Assembly: GCA_021432655.1 (NCBI GenBank)
Contig: MU271332.1
Location: forward strand, 68,679-88,678
Direction: 5' to 3'
DNA: 20,000 nucleotides
Source: Atractiella rhizophila
Lineage: Eukaryota
Of the stretch, positions 1-9,939 are shown piece by piece; the stretch's first letter is position 1; the number at the start of each line of letters is the position of its first letter. The notes beneath the pieces are model-generated. The model was not told the origin of the DNA. It worked only from the letters and a program-made list of their open reading frames with translations, and searched no databases. The translations under genes were made by a program, and so were the position numbers.

Positions 1-390
1 GCAGCCTATTGAAAAATTGTCGAGAGAACGACCGCTTAGCAGCATATTCAACTTCTATGTCATTGTTTCCATACTCCTCCAGTTCGCCATACACATCGCT
101 TCCATGCTGTATATCGGTGCGCTTTGTGAGAAAATTGATCCGTAAGCTTTTCTTTCCATCAGTTGATTGTTGTTGAAGTTGTCGACAGCCGCAAGGAGAA
201 GGTCGATCTGGAAGCCGAGTTCAAGCCAAGCTTGCTAAACTCAGCCATATACCTCATTTCCCTCTCGCAGCAAGTTTCGACCTTTGCCATCAACTTCCAA
301 GGAAGGCCGTTTAGGGAAGGCATCACCGAAAACTCTGCTCTGTACTATGGATTACTCGGTGTTGCTGGTGTCGCTGTTTGCGGCGCATGA
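1..390 (+). pseudogene. 3' end of a truncated duplicate SPF1 (P5A-ATPase) copy; its 5' part would lie left of the window
   Basis: 1..386 matches 4328..4713 by eye with no mismatch seen, including the intron gtaagc...gacag. The frame reads ...[13 protein letters not shown] then TGA (388-390), where the intact copy continues [10 protein letters not shown]. Confidence 0.8.
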
Positions 391-559
391 ACCATCCCTA
401 ATAGCTTAAGAGTTCTCGCCTGCAAGTTTTGGTCGTTCTTGGAGAAGTCATCTCCCGGCCGGAGGATTTGTTTGGAGGGCTTCCCAAAATTTTCGGCAAC
501 ACGTCTTCAGTTCGATTGCGAGTGCGCGTTTGACGACCATTACTACTCTTCTTACCACA

Positions 560-3500
560 ATGGCAGGCAAGGGAGAGCCGTGAGTGGTGCTTTAATAGCA
601 TAACGAGGTTGAATTGATATATGATTTTGGGGAGACAGGGCTATAAACTCGCCGGACATTCAACACATTTCCCTCCATCGGCGGCTCCCTCTCCTCCTTC
701 ATGTCTACATCCTACCGTTCATCTTCTTCTATCCATTTGCCGCATACGCCTACTACATTGCGTACGTTTAATAATACTTTCCTACAATCCTTGGAAGCAT
801 TTGGCTGATATTCGGGGAAGGTATGACCAATTGCTTGGTGGCGAAGAATGGACTTTTGCGCTCTGTGTTACGCTCTTCGGAGGTCATGCGCTCTCTTGGT
901 TGGGAACGAGATGGAGCCCCGGTTTTAGGGTAACTACTACTAGCTTGAAGGTATGCTCCCTCGGTTATTCGTGATGGGCTGGCTTGACGATGACGTCTGG
1001 GAAGGCAAACGATGTAGAGACGGCGCAAGTCGTCTGTGTCGTGCCTCAAAAGCACAAAGGCAAGACGGAGCTGGTAGAGTTGAAGAAGAACGAGGTTTGT
1101 TCTTTCCCTCCTTAGGCTCACTTGATTGGCTGACCGCCCATCCACAGCGCCTGGATCAACCTCCACTTTTTTACTTCAACTTCCAAAAAGACAAATATCT
1201 GTATGATTCTTCTACGCACACCTTCTCCCGAGTAGTCTATCCATGTGACGAGCCCAAGACAATGTCCTACTACCAATCTCAAAAGGGACTCTCAGCTGCA
1301 GCACAAGAGAAAATGCACGCTGATTATGGCCTCAACATATTCGACATCCCCGTTCCTACCTTCAAGGACCTCTTCATCGAGCAAGCACAAGCACCTTTCT
1401 TCGTCTTCCAGGTATTCTGTGTCAGTCTATGGATGATCGACGAGTATTGGTATTATTCCATTTTCACAGGATTCATGCTCGTAGTGTTTGAATGCACTGT
1501 CGTTTGGCAGGTTCGTTCTTCACTTGCTTCGTTTTGAAGTATAGACATTGTGCTGACGTATGTCATATTTACAGCGACTGCGAACGGTTAATGAGTTTAG
1601 GACCATGTCCATCAAACCCTACCCCATCCTTGTGCACCGTGAAGGCAAATGGATCGAAACTCAGACTGACGCCCTTCTTCCTGGTGACCTCGTCTCCGTC
1701 ACGCGAACCAAAGAGGATTCTGGGATTGCATGCGACTTGCTTCTCCTTCGCGGATCGTGTATCGTCAACGAAGCCATGTTGTCAGGAGAGAGCACGCCGC
1801 TGTTGAAGGAAAGCATTGAACTTCGAGATGGACGAGAAGGATTTGACATGAATGGGGCGGATAAGAACTCGGTGCTGTTCGGGGGCACGAAAGTCTTACA
1901 GGCTACTACTCCTTCAAAGGAGTCGGGAACTGTTCGTAAGTCTTGCTTCCACCTGGCGCACAGTGGGGTTGCTGAACGGTGCGTGAAGCACCGGATGGAG
2001 GATGCGTTGCATTGGTGCTACGCACAGGTTTCGGAACTTCTCAAGGTCAGCTAATTCGGACAATGATATTCTCCTCTGAGAAGGTTGGTGCCGGAAACTG
2101 GGAGGCATTTGCATTCATTGCTTTCCTCCTCGTATTCGCCATCGCTGCCTCCGCCTACGTCTGGATCAAGGGTCTCGAGGATAACCGGCCTAAAGGAAAG
2201 CTTCTCCTGGACTGTGTCATCATCATCACCAGCGTCGTTCCTCCAGAACTGCCAATGGAGTTGAGCATGGCGGTCAATGCGAGTTTGGTTGCGCTTGGCA
2301 AGTATGGTGAGTCTATTCCCTCTCTTTTATTACGCCAATGAACGAAGGAAGATTGATCTGGCGGTGTAGCCATCTTCTGTACCGAGCCTTTCAGGATTCC
2401 ATTCGCTGGAAAAGTCGATGTTTGTTGTTTTGATAAGACCGGAACGATCACATCGGAGGAATTGGTGTTGGAAGGGGTTGCTGGAGCGAAGACGGAGGAT
2501 CTCAAGTCTCTCATTGACGTACGGTCAACCTCTTACGAGTCAACGCTCACTATCGCCGCTGCCCACGCTCTGGTTCTACTCGATGACGGTGTGGTTGGAG
2601 ACCCTATGGAAAAGGCCACTCTGGATGCACTTGAATGGAAAGTCAACGCTGGGGACAATATCGCACCTGCATCGAAGGAGGCGCCAAATAGAGCTAATAT
2701 TGAGGTCAAGAGGAGATATCAGTTCTCAAGCGCACTCAAGAGGATGTCAACCGTTTCATGGGTTAGCAAAGAGAACACAAAGAAGACTCTCGTCGCAGTT
2801 AAAGGTGCACCCGAGACACTAAAGGGCATGTACAAAGAGCTCCCAAGGGAATACGAGGCGACCTATAAGCATTTTGCTCAGAGGGGAAGCCGTGTATTGG
2901 CGTTAGGGTATAAATGGATTGAGAATCTGAACATGAGCCAGGTTTGTCCGTTGCTTGAGTGTGCGAGTAAATGCTGAGGTACAACAGATCAATTCCCTCC
3001 CAAGGGAGAAAGTTGAGAGCGATCTCACCTTTGCTGGGTTCCTGGTTTTCACAAGTCCTTTGAAGGAGGACGCCGTCAGGACCCTGAGGATGCTCATCGA
3101 TTCGTCACATCGTGTTTGTCTTTCCACACTTCCTTATGTTGACTGATGGCTCATGATGCGCAACCTACTTCAGTGTATTATGATTACTGGAGATAACCCA
3201 CTCACCGCGTCGCATGTGGCTCGAGATGTCGAGATTGTCGATCGTGAGGTCATGATTCTGGATCGCAAAGAAGAAGGTGCCGAGAAAGGTAAGCAGTCCG
3301 TTGTATTCTCCCTTGCAAACTCTAATCTGGCTCGAAGAACTCGTCTGGCGCACTGTGGACGATAGGAAGGTCATTCCGGTGGATGTTACTCAGCCTATTG
3401 ACCCTTCGATCTGGGAAGAGTACGACATTTGCATGACTGGTGCTGCTCTCGCTCAATACGAAGGAACCCCGATGTGGCTTGACCTTGTCCAACACACTTG

Positions 3501-5117
3501 GGTCTACGCTCGTGTCTCACCCGCGCAGAAAGAATATATCTTGACGACTCTCAAATCTCTCGGCTTTACGACTCTGATGGCTGGAGACGGAACGAACGAT
3601 GTCGGCGCGCTGAAGCAGGCTCATGTTGGAGTTGCGTTGTTGAATGGCACGATGGACGATTTAAAAAAGATCGCGGAGCATCAGAGAAACGAGAGGATCA
3701 AGAAAGTTTACGAGACGCAGTTGAAGATGAGCGCGAGATTTGGACAACCTCCTCCTCCACCTCCGAAGGCAATTCAGCACCTCTATCCCAATTTACAAGA
3801 AGCTCAAAGACAGGCAGCTGCTCAGTTTGCAGAGAATAAAAGGAAGAACCCGATGGAGAAGGTATGGGAGTTTCGCCTTGATTCTCCAAAGCTGATTAAG
3901 CTTGATGTAGTTTAACCTTGAGGCGATCACCAGTCAAATGGCAGACTTGGACGATGAGGATCAGCCTCCTGTCATCAAGTTGGGAGACGCATCAGTCGCG
4001 GCTCCATTCACTTCGAAGTTGTCCAATGTCTCAGCAAGTCAGTGCTTTCTTTCTTTGCTCGGTCCTACCGCTGACGAAATGGCATAGTTACCAACATCAT
4101 AAGACAAGGCCGTTGCACGCTCGTCGCCACTACCCAAATGTTCAAGATTTTGGGACTCAATTGTCTCATTTCAGCCTACAGTCTCAGTGTAATATATCTC
4201 GAGGGCATCAAGTTTGGCGACTATCAAGTCACCATCACGGGGATGTTGATGTCGGTCTGCTTTCTTTGCATTTCACGAGCGAAGGTATGTCGAGCCAATT
4301 CACCACCTCATGCGAGCTTACCCTACTGCAGCCTATTGAAAAATTGTCGAGAGAACGACCGCTTAGCAGCATATTCAACTTCTATGTCATTGTTTCCATA
4401 CTCCTCCAGTTCGCCATACACATCGCTTCCATGCTGTATATCGGTGCGCTTTGTGAGAAAATTGATCCGTAAGCTTTTCTTTCCATCAGTTGATTGTTGT
4501 TGAAGTTGTCGACAGCCGCAAGGAGAAGGTCGATCTGGAAGCCGAGTTCAAGCCAAGCTTGCTAAACTCAGCCATATACCTCATTTCCCTCTCGCAGCAA
4601 GTTTCGACCTTTGCCATCAACTTCCAAGGAAGGCCGTTTAGGGAAGGCATCACCGAAAACTCTGCTCTGTACTATGGATTACTCGGTGTTGCTGGTGTCG
4701 CTGTTTGCGGCGCCATTGACCTCATCCCAGAGCTCAATCGTTGGCTACAACTTGTTGAGATGGACAACGATGTGGGTGCCTTTTTTCTGCTTGGATGACA
4801 GCTAGCTAACATGATCTTTGTTCAGTTTCGCTTCAAGCTCTGCGCGGCCATGGTCATCGACTATGCAGGGGCATATGCCTTGGAGAAGATCTGCAAATAC
4901 CTTTTCGCGGACACGAGGCCCAAAGCTTTGATCACCCGTGGTATTGAGCGCCGACAGGCACGACGAGCTAAGGAGAAAGAGGAACAGGTGAATTCTCATC
5001 TTCTGTCTTCGGAGATCAACATTGATCAGTCTCTTATAGGATCGCATAGACATGGAGAAGGAGAAAGAGCGTTGGGCGGAGATGGAAGAGAAGTATGGTA
5101 AAAAGAATAGACGTTAA
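560..5117 (+). CDS. SPF1: P5A-type ATPase (Spf1/ATP13A1, ER transmembrane-helix dislocase), about 16 introns
   Basis: Spliced start [22 protein letters not shown] at ATG 560. Motifs seen: [13 protein letters not shown], the P5A signature PPELPMELS, phosphorylation site CFDKTGT (~2425-2446), [30 protein letters not shown], and IRQGRCTLV. The last exon [25 protein letters not shown] ends at TAA 5115-5117. Confidence 0.96.
4328..4713 (+). repeat. Second copy of the 386-bp direct repeat (offset 4327 bp from copy 1..386)
   Basis: Both copies begin gcagcctattgaaaaattgtcg and end ...ctgtttgcggcgc. They then diverge (atgaacc vs cattgac). Confidence 0.95.
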
Positions 5118-5285
5118 TGTCACCCGTAATCTATTTTTCGCCCGATAATCGCACAATAAAGCAGTCTGTGCAAACTGCAGATCCAATGTTCCAACAGGCG
5201 CGTTAGGAAGGCGACGATGACAACAATTCGTTGCATTGCAGAAAGGGCACAGACAAGACGCGGCTCTTTCATGCACCAGTTGGGC

Positions 5286-6442
5286 TCATTGAATGCGACT
5301 TGGACTCTGTATTGATAATCGCTTCGTCTGGTTCGCGATTTCTTGTTCCAAAAATTCGCTCGAAGTGACCGTTTTTGACGAAGAAGGGCTGACGGGGGAA
5401 GTCACACTTCGACAGAAGGCTTTGTGTTCAGGCCAGTGTAACGTTTGACACGCCCTGCTTCCGTGGTTAACAGCACTTCAAGAAGTGAAATGACTTACTT
5501 TGAGCAATATCTGGCTTGTTTACATCCTTGGCATAACTTCAATTTCTGGTCCCCCGGCAAATCGAATTCTCCCTTTCCGCAACCTTCCCAGTCACATCGA
5601 TATGTTCCCATCTTTCGCTCTGCCGCGCACTCTTCCGCAAGCTGACGCATCCTGTCTCCGCCCAGATCGCCCTGACTAGTGATTTTTGAACTTTTGAGGG
5701 AGGATTTGATGGCGATCTGTGGTTCGAAGCGTCCATAGAAAGAGAGCATGGTATGCCAGACGGTCAACACTGCACCACATTCAGTAATTACCACGATGGA
5801 GAAGAGGGAAAGGCGCGAACCGATAGCGAGATTCCTCTGGTAATTGCAGATTTCGTAATACTCAGGACCGCCTTTTTCCTTCGTAATCTCGCTCATTGCT
5901 TTCATGAACGACGGGTGATTGAAACGGAGTGGTTTATCAGGTTTTTGGGCCTGTAAATCGATAACACAGCTTCCAAAGAGCTCCAGAAAACCCTCTCCTG
6001 TTCGCTCAAGTAGTTTCTCGATCTGCAATTCGAAGACGTACACCCTGATTTTTTCGAGATGGTGTGTCGGGAGACCTTCATTGCGAAAACCTCCCATGAG
6101 TCCTGTAAGCAGGTGCCTCCGACGATCCTCATAACCAGCCTCCCTCCACGCGAGAGGGAAAGGTTCTCCATTCGCCTCCTGATGCAAAGCATACTCGGTA
6201 ATATCCTTGAGAAGGACATAAATCTCCTCGTACTGTGCTTTGCTCAAGCGAAGCTTAGTTGCAGGCTCTGAAGAGACAATGTCATTGTCAAGGTGATGAC
6301 CAGCAAACGCGGTCCTGTCAATCGCGTTCCCATCCAGCTGAGACAGATGTTGCTCTTGCTCAGCATTCCACGCTTCGAATTCGTCGATGTCAGCTTGAGT
6401 TATGGATCTTGGACTGGGTAGCGTCTGCTTCTTTCGAGGCAT
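5286..6442 (-). CDS. MYND zinc-finger protein with an uncharacterised N-terminal domain
   Basis: ORF 5495..6442 ends CDWEGC...KLCQGCKQARYCSK at a gtaagt donor. After the aagcag acceptor it continues ACQTLHWPEHKAFC...SRIQ* (stop 5286-5288), completing the MYND Cys/His pattern. There is a probable 51-nt intron at 5770..5820. Confidence 0.85.
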
Positions 6443-7295
6443 GATGAAGATCGACTAGCGCTGGCTGCTGTCACTTGTCAGTTGGAAGGCGTTTGGAACC
6501 ATCACTGTAGCTTTTTATAGGGTTATTGGGGACTCAGCATGAACGACGAGAACGACGCGTTTGAGAACAGAGATGCGGCGAACGCCGACACTCAAACAAC
6601 GCTACGAATGATAGCGTGTTTGGCGTAGTTGCGCCGACAAAATGAATATAATGGCCCAGAATGGTATGAATGATTTCGATATCTCCCTCGAGAATTGTGA
6701 TATCATTGACAAAATACGGATCACATGCAGTAGTAAGGTGAACGACATGCAAAAACATCAGGCTGGCTGTACAGGAGTTAATACATTCTTGCAATAACAA
6801 CATTTTAACAACAAGTAAAGTATTCGTAGGACGAGCAGTGGTGCACAACTGGTTTGAACAGATTTCTCTGACGAACCTTAAAAGGGATAGATATTAGCAA
6901 ACTACTCAGCGCGGCTTCATCAGCAGTGAGTACGCAAACTAAGGCTTTAGGAAGCATATATATGCTCCATTGTCCACAGATAACGCAAACAGAAATGGGA
7001 CTTGCTTTATATGATGAGCACAACGTCGATTGCAAGTTAATCGCCCTTCGGACAGAAAGTTCATGCGCACCAGCAACCACACTTCATCCCCCCTTCAAAT
7101 GACACGCTCCTATACAAGCTCTCCTCTAAATGTGATTTTACACTTTTGTGAGTTTTGGTACGCCATGAGTTTGACTGAAGTGGGAGAAGGTGAATTCCGA
7201 CCGCTTGGCCTAGGCTTGAGGACGTCATCCCAATCCGAATCTCTTTCCCACGACGAACATTCGAACGAACGCTACTGAGAGTACTACCAGTGACG

Positions 7296-8223
7296 ATGTC
7301 GCTCCTCTACTACGCTTGCATCTCACGCGAACCCGGCGTTGTCATCCTGTCCGAGCACACCTCCTCCCATCCCCTCTCTTCGTCCTCTTCCTCCACCGCC
7401 CCCAACCCGTCCTATGCGTCCTCAGTCATCCTCTCCAAACTCCCTCCCAACGACAGCAAACTCAGTATGTCGCCTTTTCTTTTGCATGTACTACCAAGAG
7501 CATCTATCATGTTTGTTTGCGAAACCAAAGCTGATCGAAGTATGGACAGCCTATGCCTCGGACGCCTTCCTCTTCCACTACATCAAGTCCTCCGGCCTCA
7601 CATTCCTCGTCATGACCTCCGACACCGCCGGCCGCAAGATGCCCTTCGCCTTCCTGAACGAGCTCCAAAGCGCCTTCCTGTCCCAATTCACCCGGGACCA
7701 AATATCCGACGCTCCCGCCTATGGGATGAACTCCTTCTCGAAGCAGATTGCCCAGATGATGCACCAGTTCGAGACGAATCCTCCCCGCGACCCTCTACAG
7801 GAGGCGCAGAGGGAACTGGACGGCGTGAAGAGCACGATGGTTAGGAACGTGGAGGCGATTTTGAGCAGGGGGGAGAGGTTGGACCTCTTGATCGATAAGA
7901 CGGACAATATGAGTGCGCAGGCGAAGGCGTTCAGGAAGAGGACCGTCGTCTTGAGGTTCGTCCGCACCCAACTTCTTCCCTTCCTTTCTATGCTATTCTG
8001 TGCGTGATTTAGAAGGCAAACTGATGATGAGGAATACAGGAGACAAATGTGGTTCAAAAACGTCAAACTCATGTTCCTCATCGGTCTAACCATCTTTCTC
8101 ATCATCTACCTCCTCCTCGTGCGTCTCCTTTCTCTCCTCTGCTCCCACACACTCCTGATTCTGAATTGAATCGATAACGGACAGGCATCCTCCTGTGGAC
8201 CGCTGCTGCGTTGCGGATCTTGA
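7296..8223 (+). CDS. VAMP7: Longin-domain R-SNARE (VAMP7/synaptobrevin-like), 3 introns
   Basis: The longin domain reads MSLLYYACISRE...SKL|TYASDAFLFHYI...GRKMPFAFL. The SNARE motif MVRNVEAILSRGERLDLLIDKT has the zero-layer Arg. RRQMWFKNVK is followed by a TM helix (LMFLIGLTIFLIIYLLL) and a final exon ASSCGPLLRCGS* (TGA 8221-8223). Confidence 0.92.
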
Positions 8224-8453
8224 GCTGTTTGCTCTCTTGCCCCGCCCTGATGGATTGTTGTGGATTATTGTGAATCGAATGATTGACCTACCCGGACGGT
8301 GGAAGGGAATGACAATGTATTTGTAGGATGTTGCTCTTTCTCGACGATAATATTATGATGTCTCCTTCCTCCTTTCGTCGCAATTGAAGGGTACAAAGGG
8401 AGCAAGAAATGGGGGTATACAACAGCCGACTCGGCATTAATAAGTATTGCAGT

Positions 8454-8470
8454 ACGACGACGACGACGAC
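8454..8470. repeat. (ACG)n microsatellite, about 5.7 units
   Basis: acgacgacgacgacgac lies between the convergent VAMP7 and NEM1-like 3' ends. Confidence 0.7.
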
Positions 8471-8613
8471 CTCCGACCAGACGAATGAAATGTAGCTATG
8501 CACCTGTCTCCTTTCCTCATCCTCTCTACCTGGACATGTAACCCCTCCAAACCCTTCTCATGACATGTAACCTCCTCAAACTGTCATGTGCTCCGACATT
8601 ACTACTTGAAAAA

Positions 8614-9939
8614 TCATGAACGTCCCTGAATCCCGAACCCCCGCAAGCCTAACACCTTCCTCACGTCGTGCGTAAACCGAAGACTGTCTAATAGAGGTAA
8701 AAGGTCCATGAGCGCCGTGTCGTGCGGGTCAGACATCCATCCGGGGATGGGAATCGCGTTAGCTATCACCCATAAACCAACATCAACACCAACATCTCTT
8801 TATCCTCCATCCTCCATCTTTCCCAGCCAAGAAAACATGCGGGATTGAGGAGGGAGAGGACATACCTTCGTTCTTTGCGTAACTGACAGGACTGTTGTCC
8901 ACCAAAGCGACCCTCGCCAAGTCCTCCTCCACCAAACTCAAATCTTTGACGTACGAACCTCCACGGTCGAGGGTGCACGAGTCGCGGAAGTAACGTCCCA
9001 TGATGATGTTTTGTCCTGCGTCGAGCCAGTCGATCACTGGGTCGGCGTATTCGCGCATGCTCGCCGTGAAGACGATGATGGTGTACCAACGCGAGACCTT
9101 GGCCCTCTTTAGCTTCAAGAAAGGGGAGTGAGTAGGAGGGGGATGACGCACTTTTCGGAGGAAGAAGTCGCACCCTGGACGCTTGTAGACGTGGTAGAGC
9201 ATACTCCGTCCGTCAATCGACACCTCGACCATTCGGAACTGCCAACAACAGAACCACCACATGAGCTCCTCACAACCCTGGCGATAACAACCCTGCAGTG
9301 CAGCATAGAAAGGAGAAAGCGCACCTTGAGCCCCTTAAACTTTCCTCCGCCTCCTCCACCGCCTGGCCTAGTGGTAGAATGTATGAGAGTCTCGTCCAAA
9401 TCCAAGACGAGCGTCTTCGGTCCGAGGGGAGAGGTGAGTTTGCGTTCCTTCCCAGCCCCTGGACCGATCAATGTGAGAGGTATCGAGTTCGCGTTCGAGC
9501 TTGAATTTGACCGCGAGCGAGAGGGAGGGGTGCGTCGACGGGAGAAGAGGACGGACGCGAAGGTGCGCGGCTCTTTGTCCGCCCCCACTCCCTCTCCTGC
9601 TCCACCTGCACCTGCAGCTGTGGAAGTCGACGCTTCGGCATTTGAGGTCGGACTTGGGCTGGCCGATGGGACAGATGAGGATGCGGTTGTGGACAGGGAC
9701 GGGTTTCGGATCTCCTTCCTTTTGAGCCCCAGGAGCTGGAGTAGCCGCTTGAGTAGCCGGTAGAGGTACCGCCGGGGGATGGAGGAGAGAGGCAGATCGG
9801 AGGAGAGCGGTGGGAGGGCGTCTTCGAGCTGTGGCGGCTTGGGGAAGTCGTCCACCTCGAGTGCTTCTGGCGATGGCGAGTGCGACCGTGAGTGGGAGGG
9901 AGTGGCCGGCAGACGGAGGGAGGAGGCGAGCGAGTTCAT
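8614..9939 (-). CDS. NEM1: FCP1/NIF-family (HAD) phosphatase, Nem1/CTDNEP1-like, 3 introns
   Basis: Start MNSL. Catalytic motif [14 protein letters not shown], followed by [36 protein letters not shown] and VDNSP.SY. The last exon [41 protein letters not shown]...* stops at 8614-8616. The family is clear; the Nem1 orthology is recognition-based. Confidence 0.88.

Noticed and set aside
560..5117. Apparent frameshifts and stops fragmenting SPF1 and the other genes in the ORF track
   Set aside because: Every break I traced is explained by a canonical GT-AG intron, so there is no need to invoke pseudogenisation, recoding or an alternative genetic code.
6534..6848. 104-aa minus-strand ORF upstream of the MYND gene
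   Set aside because: No recognisable motif and no clear splice link to the MYND CDS.
9128..9763. 211-aa plus-strand ORF, and the 235-aa alternative-frame ORF 9368..10075
   Set aside because: These are antisense or off-frame shadows of the GC-rich NEM1 exon, with no recognisable motifs.
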